Shown: one piece after another, positions 24,007 through 37,500 of the stretch
Numbering within the stretch: the first letter of the stretch is position 1
Layout: every line of letters begins with the position of its first letter
Program-made: the position numbers and the translations under genes
Origin: Psammoneis japonica
Taxonomy: Eukaryota
DNA length: 64,000 nt
Assembly (NCBI GenBank): GCA_008632985.1
Contig: QPGO01000171.1
Span: forward strand, 62,001 to 126,000
Reading direction: 5' to 3'
Notes under the pieces: generated by a model
What the model saw: the letters and a program-made list of their open reading frames with translations, nothing else
The model's database searches: none
What the model was told of the DNA's origin: nothing

Positions 24007-26069
24007 ATTTGCACAAAAAGCACAGAGAGAGAACAAAGCTTTCTCATCTTTTAACATGAACCACCATGTGTTCTGAAAACATCTCACAGAGCTGCAAGAG
24101 AATGGGGGTTACTTGTAAAGAAGAGTGGGGTCAAAAGGGAAAGCAGAAAGCTGACAAAGCTTGTTTGGGCAGCAGTTGACACAGCACCTTGCTGTGCAGA
24201 AGCACCAAGAAGTTCAAAGAAACAAATCACAGAGTGCATTTGCACTGTGTGGAGAGAAAAATCACCAAAAGAGCACACATTGTGCAAACAAAACAAGTGT
24301 GACAAGTGGAGACACAGACACACTTTTTCTCATTCTGACCCAAAGCTGCTGTTCTGGAAGCTCAACCGCACTTTTTTGGGCACACACAGCAAACAAGCTG
24401 TGTGAGAGCTGAGGGCATGAACGCCATTCTCCAGCATGTTTCTCTGGTCCATCATCATCATGCAACCAGAGATGGGGACATGGCTTGCCAACACACCACT
24501 CATTGCCAATGTTGTGCTCTCCAATCTTGTTTGTTCTGGACTCTCACACAGAATTGCACAGAACCAAGCTGTGCACTGTGCATTGTGGGAGGATGCAAAA
24601 ACACCCAAACACTCATTTTTCTGTGTTGTTGTTTTTTCAGGAGAGTTGCACAATGCCATTTCCAAATGATTGCTGTTGTGCAGCAGTGCATCTGTGTAAG
24701 TGCCACGTGGAACACTTCCAAAAGTGCATCATCTCTGCACACCCCATTTGAGAGCAGCGTGCACAGACCTTTCTTCCTGTTGTTGTCCCCTGGTCCTGTG
24801 GAAAGATCAACCTTGGTGGACAAAAAAAGGAAAAAGCATGCTCATGGAACAAGTGGCAGGTGCACTCTGGATGAGAATGCACACGACTGACGTGGTGGAC
24901 AAGAAGGTGTCCAAACTTTTGCTGTGTGTTTCTTGGACTGCTCAGCAGTGGCAGTGGTGTCAAATCCTCGTTGAAAATCAGCTGCAGTCATCCAGCGCAA
25001 ATTGTGAGACACACCATTTTGCTTTGTCATGATGCAAAGTTGCATGCCAGCCCTGCATCTTCCAATTTAAAATGTGCCATTTCATTTTGCCGTGATGCTG
25101 CATCATGGCCCACTGGATTTTTGGCAACTGCCAAGTCAAAAAGCCAGCAAAAATGCAAAGATCAGCAGATGCAAAATGAAAACAGCATTGTTGTGAGCAA
25201 GTGCAGGTGCAAGAGGTTGGTTTGACATCAACTGAAAGAAAGATGTGGAGAGAGCCACTGTGTGGGATGACCTGTTTCCAAAAGAAAGCAAAGGATGCTG
25301 TTCCAAGATTTTCTCACACACAAAGCAATCACTTGGATCCAAGGAACAATTTGACCCATGAGAAAGTGACCACAATGGCTCCACCCTGATGTCTTCAATT
25401 TAGAGCAAGTTGGGTTGGAGTGAAAATTGCATGGAGAATGAAGTTTGTTCACAAACTCTTTTTGCGAAAACAAGCAGCGAAACAACATTGACAAAATCAC
25501 ATTGATGCTGCTGTCCTCTGGAAAAACAAGATTGTTCAGCAAAGCAAACTTCTGCCTTCCTTTTGTCTGCTCCATGCCAATTGCAGAGATGTGAAATGTC
25601 AAATCTTAAAAAAGAAAAAAAGTGTGGCTTCTGCAGTGGTGAGTTTTCATGGAGATCGCATGGCACATTTTCAGCACAGAAAAGGCAAAACACAGTTGTC
25701 GCGAGGTCAATGATGAATGGTAAAATGGAACATTGCCACAAAATGGGTTTTGTGTTGATGTTGTCATCTGTCTTGAGATGAGGTCAACTCCCCTTCCCCT
25801 CACTCTGGTCAAGCCAGGAGGCTTGAATCCCCATGACATGCTGGATTCAAATTTTGTGGAAGTTGGGTTGGCTGAACTTTGACCCCCCACTCTTAGAAAT
25901 GCCCAACATGAGAGCATTGTTGGCCTTCCCACTCCATAATTCAATGTCTTGCGAGAATGTCACAGGCATGTGTTGTTCATGGTGTCAGGCATTTCAAATT
26001 GGAAACAACTTTTCCAGGAGCACCTTCATCGCACTGGAAAGTGCAAGGAACGAATTGTGGTGATAGAAC
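24007..26069. repeat. Unclassified degenerate repeat, right part
   Basis: TpA- and CpG-depleted, with Cys/His-rich junk ORFs in all frames. No domain recognised. Confidence 0.5.
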
Positions 26070-26168
26070 TGTAACTAACGCGACAACTTTGCATTAGCAT
26101 GACATTGGTCGGTTGATGTGCGCGTTTTGTTGAAAACGTGGGCTTTATAATTACAAGTGGCATCAGAG
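26070..26168 (+). mobile_element. Short LTR-like remnant with tRNA-iMet-type PBS
   Basis: TGTAA...TTACA (26070-26155) followed by AG-TGGCATCAGAG, the canonical TGGTATCAGAG PBS with TA changed to CA. Confidence 0.45.
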
Positions 26169-26434
26169 GTTGGGCAGCAAAACAGCACTGAACTCACAGT
26201 TAAAAAATGCGTCCACTAGTGTGGTCAGCGTCCAAGAAGCATTCTGAAGTGGAGACTGTGACAATGTCTAACAACGTGATTGAGGAAGAAGAGGAAGAGT
26301 CCTCTTTCGCAACAAACAATCTTAAGCTGGGTAGCAGGGCGTGCCAAGAGGAGCACAAAAACGTAAAAAAAGGCTGGCCGGTTTAGGATTCAGCATAAGA
26401 CAAGCCACGTTGATCGCACAATTCGTCTGTGCTT

Positions 26435-29400
26435 TCAATGCAGCTTCTTGTCAGCCAGTGACCGCCCTCGTTCTTCATCACCCAACCCTCCCTCCTGTCT
26501 GTGACAAGCTGATACCTGCGGAAAGCAATCTGTGTTCCGCATCTCATTTTCTTCAGAGAGAAGCAGGATATGGGCGTTGCTACTGAACACAACATCAGTT
26601 TCAACCGACTTCAAGGGTTGGGAAACCTCAGCTCCCTTCCCGGGAACGCCACTGTTACAATCGCTCAATGACTCATCATGCGAAGCCGACTCGGAAAATG
26701 CATCATCAAAATTCGCAAAATTGTTCCATTCGCTATTGTCCGTTTCCGCCTCTGCATGCTGCACTGTATCAACGCACGCATTTCCGGCAAACAAGTTCAT
26801 CACGGGGACATCACCATCCTCGCTTCTTTCATCGCAATATCGTACATCGACACAAGTGGCAGCTTCCTCGGAAGTGGCCGGCTCTCCAAAGCCATTCTGA
26901 GACGCTTCAACCTGCCCATCTCTAAAAGGAATCTGACTGCTCCCTAAAGGGTCGTCAAAAACGTATGATCGTGTGGAGCCACCGGACGTCCCATAACTGT
27001 CGTCAGCAGACGGGTCTCTTTCCATGGGAACTCGATCTTCGCCCTTTCTATCATCCGTTCTCCTCGACGGTAAGCTAAGCGCTTCCATCATGCTTGCAGC
27101 GACATCAAGATCGTTTTCGTCCATGTCAATAACTTCCCCTCCAACAAGCACTCCTCGGGTAGTCGATAGTTCCTTGGTATCGCTAACCGTGTACTCGCCA
27201 TTTCTTATCGTCGAGGGACGATGAGGGTGAAGCGGATCACTGTAACCACCTAGAGGCGCCGATTGGAAAGCCGTTTCCGAAGCGAGTGTCGTGTTGACAA
27301 ATTTTTGCCAATCTGAACATAAAGAGTGTGCCTGGATGAGTTTTGGAATGACTAAAGATCTCGGAGGAAGCGACACCACCGGTCCATGGTCATCATTATC
27401 TCCATCCGGCAGCGGAGAATCCACTGGTGATGCCAATGGGGCTTGTGGGGTACAATCGTTCCCAGATGCTTTTACGTTCACGTTCACCGGCTGCGTGGAG
27501 GAAACTTCCCCATACTTGCTGGAGTCATTCAGATCGCTCACATTGGCACCAGCATGTACAAGCGCTTGGCAGATAATAATTATGTGTCCCATGTAGCCTA
27601 CGCGACATGGTTCCGACAAACCGCTGACAACCTCGTCCTTCACATTCCTCTTACTACTCCCAGTTTGACGCAAGATATGCACATCATCGTCACACGTCAA
27701 AGGTATCGTGTCACAACAGTTCGACGTACTTTTGCAAACCTTCCATGCGGCCGCTTTTTGCTTCGTGTCTTCCTTCTTGATGATAGATTCGGAAGAGGCA
27801 CCACCGGCGCCAACCCCATTCTCAACTTTAACTACTGATACGACGCCAGATTCAGCATCATCCGTCTCAACATCCTGAAAACAGGCCATCAGCCGCGTCA
27901 ACAAATCACATTTAGCCAAAAAGTACGTCTGAAGCTCGGATCGCGAGTCTGCACCTTCGAAGACATGTACGAGTAAGTTTGCCACAGACTGGTGCAGCAT
28001 TGAGCACCATTCAAATTGCCAAAAGAGATCAAGACAGGTTTCTAGACAGTCACTTTGACACAGGCGGATGTCGATTTCACGATCCTTTAGAAGCACAAGA
28101 GCTTCCAGAAGACGGACGATGCGGAGACGAGATGTACCAAGTAACGGCTGGGGCGTCGACTGCGAATATTGCATGGATGAACACCACCTAAGAGCGCCGG
28201 GGTGATGAAGAAGGCCTGACAATGAATTCAGTAGCTGGGGAAGATGGAGCACTAGGGCTTTAACGCTCGCCGAAGATGCATCATCCCGAGTCTCGAAGGC
28301 TAGGCCGCCCTGTGTAGGCCGCCCTGTGGGTCTCTCGAGACTCACCATCTCCTTTCCGAGGGTGTTTCCGACGGAACCATAACCACCAAGCTGAAGTACC
28401 AAGCTCTCCAATACGTTCAACGCGCACGTGAGGCGGCTTTCGTGGTTTGTAAACTCGGTTCCATGGACGACCGCAGTTGCACTCGCCACGATACGCTGAA
28501 GGATGGGATCGGTCGTAAGCCGTGTCAAAGTTGCAGAAGCAACAGGTGAGTTCTGAATGACAGTTATGAGAACTTCGGAGGCATTCTGCGATTCATAGAG
28601 CCGCCTCTCTAACAATTCTTCCGTGTCTGAAGCGGACGCCTCGGACCAAACCAGGCAATCGAGAAGCAAGTCAATTGCTTCCGGGGATTTTGACCAGTTG
28701 CATCTAAGAAGCAATCCGTCATCTTTAGAAATACTCCCATCATTTTCTAGATAACGCCCTTCACTATCTCTGTCCTCTACTTGCTCGTTGCCTGTTTGCA
28801 TCGTGGTCTGCTGGGATGGCAAAAAAAACCTCTGTACAATCTGCATGATGGAATGTGAATAAAGGTGCGAAAAAAACGCCTTCATCAGCGTAAACCTTCC
28901 TTTCCCCCCCCCTTCTTCCATGTACGCGCTCATGGCTGCAGGTCGCATGCGGAAAAGCACACCAAGAATCTTTTCAAAGTATCCGGCTCGGTGGTCGTCC
29001 AGCGTACCCGAAGGGGTGCAATACAGAACGGAAAACATTTCATCGAGAATAGGCCTGGGAGGAATCCCCGAGCGACAGTCGACAAGTGTGTCGACTATCC
29101 CATCAATTTCACAACATATCACTTCACATGCCATGTAAGGGAACCGAATGCGATTGACGCTGTCCCCTCTCGGGGACGTGTTAGTTTCCAGCTGAAAATT
29201 GTTCGAAGTGATTTTTGATGTCGGGTCCAGTATCGTCTGTGGGTGGCAAGTAGCTGGCGGCGGCGAGCATAACACGTGCTTTATTAAATCCACCACAGTT
29301 TCTTCTCTCGAAAAAAAGGCAATTAATTCCGGATGCATCCCTCGCAGTTCTTGTAGGAGCTCATCTTCGCAGAGCAGTTGTTCCAAGGAAAAGCTGCCGC

Positions 29401-29494
29401 TGTCCAGGAGTTCCTTCAGCGGAGAGTCGAAGGAAAAGGCGCCTGTGGACCAAATATCTCCCGTGGGTACCGCTCCACGTTCTAACAGCGCCAT
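26435..29494 (-). CDS. SIT4 phosphatase-associated (SAPS) / PP6 regulatory subunit-like protein
   Basis: 1019-aa ORF with EDELLQELR, RFPYMACEVICCE, GYFEKIL, LGTSRLRIVRLL, LDLFWQFEWCSMLH, RVGYMGH and an acidic tail. A possible terminal intron at 26515-26427 would alter the C-terminus. Confidence 0.88.
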   Translation of the reverse strand: MALLERGAVPTGDIWSTGAFSFDSPLKELLDSGSFSLEQLLCEDELLQELRGMHPELIAFFSREETVVDLIKHVLCSPPPATCHPQTILDPTSKITSNNFQLETNTSPRGDSVNRIRFPYMACEVICCEIDGIVDTLVDCRSGIPPRPILDEMFSVLYCTPSGTLDDHRAGYFEKILGVLFRMRPAAMSAYMEEGGGKGRFTLMKAFFSHLYSHSIMQIVQRFFLPSQQTTMQTGNEQVEDRDSEGRYLENDGSISKDDGLLLRCNWSKSPEAIDLLLDCLVWSEASASDTEELLERRLYESQNASEVLITVIQNSPVASATLTRLTTDPILQRIVASATAVVHGTEFTNHESRLTCALNVLESLVLQLGGYGSVGNTLGKEMVSLERPTGRPTQGGLAFETRDDASSASVKALVLHLPQLLNSLSGLLHHPGALRWCSSMQYSQSTPQPLLGTSRLRIVRLLEALVLLKDREIDIRLCQSDCLETCLDLFWQFEWCSMLHQSVANLLVHVFEGADSRSELQTYFLAKCDLLTRLMACFQDVETDDAESGVVSVVKVENGVGAGGASSESIIKKEDTKQKAAAWKVCKSTSNCCDTIPLTCDDDVHILRQTGSSKRNVKDEVVSGLSEPCRVGYMGHIIIICQALVHAGANVSDLNDSSKYGEVSSTQPVNVNVKASGNDCTPQAPLASPVDSPLPDGDNDDHGPVVSLPPRSLVIPKLIQAHSLCSDWQKFVNTTLASETAFQSAPLGGYSDPLHPHRPSTIRNGEYTVSDTKELSTTRGVLVGGEVIDMDENDLDVAASMMEALSLPSRRTDDRKGEDRVPMERDPSADDSYGTSGGSTRSYVFDDPLGSSQIPFRDGQVEASQNGFGEPATSEEAATCVDVRYCDERSEDGDVPVMNLFAGNACVDTVQHAEAETDNSEWNNFANFDDAFSESASHDESLSDCNSGVPGKGAEVSQPLKSVETDVVFSSNAHILLLSEENEMRNTDCFPQVSACHRQEGGLGDEERGRSLADKKLH

Positions 29495-29829
29495 GTTAAG
29501 GAACTGGACACGACGACGGAAGTGTGCTATCGTTACCGGTACAGTACTATCGTGTCATTGCATTTACGTAGATTTCATAAAACAGGTCTCGTAGGATGAG
29601 GCAGGTCATCAAATAATAGTGTGGGTAAACGCACATAACGACAGCGCTGACGTGGAAGGTCACCCTTTAAGTAATTGCACCTTATGTGCGGTACATTTCA
29701 AGGTTATAACGCACATAAAGGCGAATTTGTCACTTGTTAAACAGGGCAATTTTAAGAGTCATCACACATTGCCCCTTTGTCATTTTAAAATCAAGTTAGT
29801 CAAACACAGCTTTAAACCGCCATTGTGAA

Positions 29830-31597
29830 GCGCGCACGGAATGACGATCTTGTGGCACAAATGTCACCAGTCTAACGCAAGTAACCAGGGCAGTGAACAC
29901 AGAAAATGTGAAGTGAAGGCATTCTGAGCACAAAGAATTGATGTTGTCAGCTGTTGCTTGCCCCACTGTCTCAGCTTGTCTCCTCGCCCACCCCAAGCAG
30001 CTTGTCTTCTTTTGCCCACTTCCTTCCTGCCACCATGCTGCACACATTGATCAAAGCATTTTGATTTTCAACTCTGCCATGCAAGAGACCAAGGTCTTGC
30101 AGATGGGAGCTGGCCAGCACTGCTGCTGCTCTTCTTGGTGCCTTGCAAGAGCAGCGGCCGTGGATGATGAGCGCTGTTGAGCCACCGCCTGGCACCAAAG
30201 CTGCAAGGCTGCACAAATTTGGCTTCTTGCTTCTCTGTGTGTGGCTTCTTGACCATGCTCCTCATGCCATCCTCACAAAAGCAAGCCTTTGTTTTCTCTC
30301 CCTGCTTCTGAAGCTGCCTGTCTTGTGCTCCGTGGCACGCACTGGAGATCATTTCTGGTCACCTCAGAGGATGCTGCTTGCCTGCTGTGAACTTCTGCTC
30401 TTTTCATCTTTTCTTTTTTTTTGTTGCTCTGGCTGCTTGCTGCTGCTCCAACACACAGAGCTGATTTCTGCTGCTGCTGCTGCTGCTTGCTGCTGCTCTT
30501 GTTCATGATCTTGGTGCCTCTCCGAAAAGCATTGTGCTGGGAGCTCTGTGCCAAAGCTGCAAATCATGCTTGCACTCTCTCAATGGCATCTTTGGCAAAC
30601 TTCAGTGCTTTCATGTGCTTGGAGATTCAGTGACAAGCACTGAAGCAGTTTTTTGTGAGGCAGCTCTCAACAACAACCTGGGCCACACCCCCCAAAGCAG
30701 GGCTGAAAACACTTTGCAGGGTGCTGCTTGGTCATGGACAACACACACTTGGCTGGCCTGTTGGGGTGGCAACAAGCTCTTGCTGAGTTGCACTGCAGAG
30801 CATCTCAACTTCTTGCTTTTGGCACCCAAAGCAGCCTCTCAATTTTCCCTTTTGGCACCTTGTTCATCCCTTCTGCTGCCTGTTTCTTCAAAAGACACAG
30901 GGGGCTCTCTCTGTGGGAGCTGGTGCACAGTGCCACCCTGGCTTCTTTTGCTCTGCCTCTTGCAGCCATCAGCACAGCAGCTGGACACACTGCTTCTGCA
31001 CAAACTTCTTTTATCTGCACACCACACTTTGCCCCACAAATTGTTCCTTGTCCTTGAGCACAGCTGGCCTTTGGTGATGGCCACGCTTGTGAAAAATCAT
31101 CAGCTTGCCCCACTTTCAAATCCAAGTTGCTTTTCTGCATCACTTGGCACCTTGCAGGTGACTGCATGCACATTGTTGAGCCGCCACCCTGGTCAAGGCT
31201 GTGCCAAGTTGACTTGCTTCTTTTTGTCTGTGTGCATGGCTTCTTGACTTCTCTCATGGTGTGTCATCCACTGTGCATTGAAACAGTTCTTTGTGAGGCA
31301 GATCTCAGCTTCACCAAAGCAGTCTCACAATTTCCCCCTTCTGGCATTTTCTTTGCCTCTTCCACCAGGTTCTTCAAGGCAAAGCACACACCACCACTCT
31401 CCTCTCTGTGTGTGGCTCTTGCCCCCCTCTGGCTTCTTCTTCTTGCTCTGTGCCTCTTGCAGCCACTGGTGAAGTGGCCACACACTCTGTTTCTGCACAA
31501 GCCCTTGTCTGCATGTTGCACTTTGTCTCACATGTTGTTCCTTGTCCTTGTGTGCAGCTGCCTTGCCTTTGGTGATGGGTGTTTTTGTGCAGAGTGT
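29830..31597. repeat. Unclassified degenerate repeat with internal diverged duplication
   Basis: Almost TpA-free; about 30937-31090 resembles about 31427-31590. Similar composition resumes after 38350. Confidence 0.45.
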
Positions 31598-34500
31598 CAG
31601 GTCTCGTACAATTCTACGTACACAACATATGGTGCGATCCAAAAAACTATCGATGTCACAGTTGAGCAGTGCGAGGTCCCACCTGGAGCTGGAACGCATC
31701 GCCAAAGCCTTGGAAAAGCTGTCTTTTTGCTCTCTCTCCCCTGCTCATCATGTCTGGTTGCTTTGCCTCTGGCCTCGATGATGAAGCCTTTATGAATCTG
31801 GCTCACAATCTTAAGTCCAACATGATTTCACCATTCTTGTCCTGCTCTCCTTTGTCGCTCGCATCTCCGGCACGCGCCCCGCCCTCTGGGGTGGGTCATC
31901 AGGGGGGGGGCGAGGGCTTAAATCCTTCTCTTGGAGGCTTGAGTCTTGGTGGTGGAGTGTCCGGCAACTGTCCCCAATTGGACATTGAACATGCAGAACT
32001 TGAGGAAATCAATTCCCCAAACCCAGATGCCGCATTTGAAATGCTTCTTTCTTTGGGAGGAGGCGATCAGGGTCGCGCTCCACCTGTTAACTTCTTCGCT
32101 GCGGGAGATGGGGGAGTGGCGCAAGGTGTGCCAGAATCGAAGGAGGAAGGTGCATCTCCTTGGTCTGATGCACCTTGCTTTTTTGTTGTTTGGACAGAAA
32201 GCACTGATTCATCTTGTTGCCTTGGCATTGTTGGTGGTGGAGCTGCCTTCTGTTTCAAGAAAGCATGGGAATGCAAGGTCAAGTGCAAGGGACCCAAGAA
32301 GCAGCTTTCTGCAAATGGCATGGTGTCGATTCTGAAGTCTCCAGACAAGGCATTTTGCCAGCCCATTTTGGATGGATCATTTGTTTTGGCAGATGTTTTG
32401 GTCAAGTGGGAAGCAATTGCGGATGCTCTGGCCAGGTGGCATCAGAAGTTTTCAGTGTTGGGCAACAGCGACTCACGACGCCCCACCGAGGATGAGCACA
32501 GAGCATCCCTCAAGCAGTGCAAGGAAGCTGCTGCCTTCAAGACCCTAGCAAGGACCAGGATTCCAAAAGTCCCAACTTTCCAGGAAATCTCTTTGGGCAG
32601 TTTTAGGGCTGCAAATAAAAGCCCTTCAGCTTTGGCCTGCGTGGTTCAGTCTGCTGCTGTGGAGATGAGCTTGGCAGAGACTGGCAATGTGCCAGTTGAT
32701 TCAGGGAACGGGACCCACACCAGGTTCAAGGATTTGGACACATTGATCCACATGCTCAGCTGTAAGCTGGAGCAGCTCCGTGCATCCTTGGGGATGCCTC
32801 TGCCTGGATTTGACCAGCACATGGAAGCCCCTGCCATTTGGGGAACCCTGGCCAACATGCAGGCAAGCAACCTGAGTCCGGGCGTGGGACTGGGTGGCAT
32901 GGACCTGTCCAGAGAATTGTCCTGGGACAAAAACAACCTGCACAATGGCTCCAATGGGTTGGCCTCTGTGGCACAGGCTGGCACACAAGGTGTTCAGAAC
33001 CAGATCGGTGGTTTTGCTGCTGAATCAGACCTTGATTCTCTTAGGTCGGGGGTGCTTCGGGTCTGTGACCAGCTGCTTTCTAGAGTGCAGCATCTCGAAA
33101 ATGCTGGAGCATCATCTGGGTCTGGGGGAGCACACCTTTGGGAACTTGGCTGGAGGTGTGTTCACCAGTGGAAACCCATTCGTCGAGCAACACTTGCTTT
33201 GCCTCAACCAATCTGTGAGCAAACTCAAGTCAAAATCGGACAAGTTGGCAGTCAAGTTCTTGGGTGCAGGGGTGGCCTCCTTTGCGGAGTGCCAAGCTTG
33301 GATGGTCCAGCACTTTTCCTCTCAAGCCTGTGGATGCCTCACTGATGCAAATGTTTTGTCAGAGCACATTGTGGGCACTGAGCCAGTGGCATTGCATCAT
33401 TTCTTGGCAGGCCTGGCAAAGCCGATGGATTTAAAGATGAGTGAGGAGGAGGATGCACAAATGCTGGCAAGCTTCCAGCACAGCATGCCAAGGATCTTGG
33501 ATTCTGGGTTTGCAAAAGCAGCCCAGTCCCCTGGGCTGCACCCCTCGTTCTTGGACAAAGTTCTGACACATGACCATTGGGCAACGGGCACTGCGGGTGC
33601 CCAACATTTCATTCAGGACAAGATTGGTGCAATTGAGACCAACATTCAGAAGGACATCTCCCAGCGGATCCTGGTTGGGTTGTTTGAAAGCCAGGTGGTC
33701 CAAGACGCTTTGTCAAAATCTGCCGCGTTTGTGTGTGCCTTGATCCAGTTTATGGACAAGACCTCATCGACAATCTTGTGAAGCTGAGCAAGTTTTCAGA
33801 AAAACAAGCTTGGTTGTTAACCACTGGCCTGGTCCACCGCACATTTGATGACATTGACAAGGTGCAGTCCAGCATCTTCACATCCACAGCGGGTGCCAAC
33901 CTAGATGTGGTGTGCAGTCAGATCCTGTGGGCAGTGTTTCAAGTGCAGGAGGATGTGATGGCCAAATGCATGGCTCTCGGGTTCAAGGACCATCCTTTGA
34001 TGGCGTCCGAATGCATCAAGTTTCTGGCAACCAACTCTGGCTTCAAGATGGCAAGGCTGGCTGAGAATGCAGGCACCAAGGCCAAATCGGCCCAAGCTTG
34101 AGCAGATGCAGCTCATCAAGAGGTCAACAAGCTCAAGGCCAAACTGAAGGAGGTGAATCGGAGGCCAAAGGCATTGGAGTCCAAGAAGTGAAGCCAGGCT
34201 GGGTTGGATGATGATGCGGGTGGATTTTCAGGACATGCAACATGTGGTCACAAAGACTTTTCTTTCAAAGGCTCCTGTCTGATTGTCTCATCTGCCCCCC
34301 TGATCTGGTTGCTGGCTCTCAGAACCACTGAGTGGCCCCATGTCATTGATCAGCCAGGTTCTTCTCTCCAATGCACTCCACTGTCTGGCACGGCACTCAG
34401 CACGTGTGGTGGAGTCAGTTGACTCTTGGTTCTTGCATCTGGTCTACCTGCATTTTTGGAGCATGTGTCTCATGTCGATCACACCCACCCCAGGCATGTG

Positions 34501-37500
34501 ATCCCTGTCAAACCCTTTTCACGTTGCTGTTTGAAACAGTTGCAGCACTTGGCCCATGCTGTGACTTCATTCTGCACTTCACTGTTTTGTGTGCACGCTC
34601 CCCCCCTGACTTCCGGCAGGGCCTCAGATGCTCCATTGGTCACATTGCATGCAGAGGTGGTGGAGGACATTCAGATGGTCTACAATGGCACCTCATTGGG
34701 GTTGAATGAAACACCATGGGCCCCTTCCTTTTTCCTGCCAACTGTGGCTTTGGTGCTGGGCCACATGATGGCCAGTGCATTCTCTGTGGACCTCAACTTG
34801 GGCAACATGTTTTTGAATTTCTTTGTGGATCCGAAGATTCAACCATGCACTGGGATTGACCTGATGCCATTGAGGCAACATTTGTCTCCTTTGTCAAAGG
34901 AGGACACCCTGCCAGGTTTGGAACAGTGGAGCCACCTCTTTGTGGGAATGAGGCCTGGCCCTCACTTGGCAGTTGGGGTTGCTGTTGGGCTGACAAGGTG
35001 GCAAGTGGTGACCCAAGGTGCCCGGACAATGTGATGGGGTTTGACCAGGTGTCATTCAACCTCCCGACAACCCCACTCATCAAGCCTTTGTTGTCAAGTG
35101 GAACTCTGTTTTGCAAATCACAGTGGGAGATGTCAAGACGTTTGTTGATGATCTCCGAGGCATGGGAGCGAGGAATGTGCTTGGCAAATGGCTCATCAGA
35201 TTGCCTCTTGGCTGCAGCACCCAGGGCTTCAGAACTCAGATTGCAAGGTTTGCCCCCCATCACAGCGGGAAACTGGAGCTTGGGCCTGAGCTTTTTTTCA
35301 TGTCATTGATGAGGATGTCACCCAATCCCTTTCCCAAGTCAAATGGGACAAAGAGAAGGGGATGATTTGGGCCCTTCTGGACCACTGCGTGGGTCTCCAG
35401 GATTCAGACCATCCCTGTTTTGATTGTAAAGACCTCAAGCACAAGCAGAGGTTCTTAGTTCACAAAGCCATGACCCACCCCTTCATCACCCCTTTTTTGA
35501 AGGGCATCCATTTGATGTTGGATGGTTGGGGGCCAAATCACAAGGCCCACGGTTGGGCCATGTCTGGCAAAGAACATGCCAGAGTTGGGTCCACCATGAT
35601 GCAGACAAGCTTGGAGCAGACCCTTTTGATTTTGCCCAGGACCTGCGTGGCCTCGAACACCCATCCAAAGTTCAGGTGGTCCTGCATTTGCTGTCTGACT
35701 TAAGAGCCTTAGAACGCATTGTGGAGCCGGAAAAACCCACAGAGCAGGGGTCATGTGGTCTTCTGAGGTTGTTGCAGTTCTGCATGGGTTTGCTGATGCT
35801 TTGGGAAAAGGCCTTGGTTCATTGGTGGAGGCTAAAGACAGATCCATCATTTTTTGGATGGGAGTTTGGGGTGAGGATGACCAGCCCAATTCCTCTAACT
35901 GGAAGGAGCCATCCAATGCTGTTGATGCCATCCAGCAGCTTGCCGAGGCCAGAGAGTTGGAAGGAGCCTTGTTGCACTTCTTCATGGATGACTTAGTGTC
36001 AGAGATTGCCACCCACAAGGGCTTGTTGTCCAACCCAAAATTGTTGGAACAGGTCACATGCCTGAGGGTGTTGGAAGCCAAGTGTGGCTTCATTTTCCAT
36101 TTGGCACATGTCTCCAGCGGGAAACGCATGACAGCACAGGACACGGATGGCGTCTCCCAAGATGTTGACGTTCATCCCTCTCCATTTGGGCACTGTAGAA
36201 CGAGCACCCCCCTCACTGGACTGGATTTGCTTCTGGGCTGGTGCCCCTGCTCCTGAGCTCCTGTCTCCATTTGATTGGTTCCAAAAGGGACATGACATCT
36301 CTGGGTGGGTCAGACCCAAGTGCAAAGTGATCAAGATGCCGACTTTTTGCTCCGGCACTTGGCTGTGGGCCCCTCCCCCTGCTGCAGCAAGAGTTGCCCT
36401 AGAAGAACTTTGGATTGCCCGCTTGAAGCTGCAAAACTCTTTCCACATTTTTGTTTGCCCCCGATTGATGACCCAGGAGTGGCAAAAGCAATTGCACAAG
36501 GGCGCGGATCTGGTCTTTTCTGTTCCACCCAGGGCTGGACCATTCTGTGGCCCAATGACATGCTTGAGCCATTTCTCATGGGCCTTGTTTTTCCTTTTAT
36601 CCCTCACAATCTGTGGCAACTCCAAGGAACCCCCAAAATGCACTCTATGGACTGGGTGCTGCGCCGTGTGTGGGAGAATGCTGAAGAGGACAAAAGGGAT
36701 CTTTTGCACATGTTTTGTTCACAGTGTCAGGGGCTGGCCCAGGGCTGGCCCGCATGTCACAAGGTGTGGTGTCCCAGGTGCTGTGCTTTGAAAAAACCTG
36801 ACCTTCCACTTGGGAGGGATCTTGCCAGACAACCAACAAAATAACAGTGAGACTCCTTTGGGTGAAGAGGTTGCTTGGATTGAAGACAATGCTTGGTGCC
36901 GAAAGCCCCAAGACAATGACAAGTTCATCTGGGCATGCACTGGAGATCACCTGATGGCAGCATTTGAGTTTGACACCTGTGCATTTCACAAACTGCACAA
37001 GCGGGAGCCCATGCCAACTTCCCCGCCCGACAAAGCAGCTCTGGTGGCATGCATGCGTCCTGTCATCTTGGACACCTTTTGGAGCAGGGAAACAACAATG
37101 GTGGAGAACAATGCCTTGAAAGTGGCTCAAGGTCTTGTGTTGTCCAACCGATTGGACCTGCTGGGCCGTCACCTTGAGCCAGGCCCTCTTCCGGCCCACA
37201 ATCATTGCGGGTGTGAAGTTGCTGTGCAGATTGTGTTAGCCGCTGCATCCCCGGGGTGCTGTTCCAACTCACACACCCAGTTCAACATGGTGCAAAAGTT
37301 GTGCACATTGTGTTCTAATCAGGTGAGAGCTTCCACATCGGCTAACTCTCGTGCCCCAGCACTGGCAGACCACAAAGGGAAGCAATGCCTCTGAGTGTGT
37401 GATGACCCCTGTGCATCACTGTGGTTCCAAAGGTTTGTGACTGGATGCAAGAGGTGCACGGGCCAGGATTGGCAGCCTGACAGAGCCATTTTGGTGCAAG

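Noticed and set aside
24084..26063. Numerous short Cys/His-rich ORFs resembling metal-binding proteins
   Set aside because: The composition is explained by TG/CA enrichment, and they overlap in all frames.
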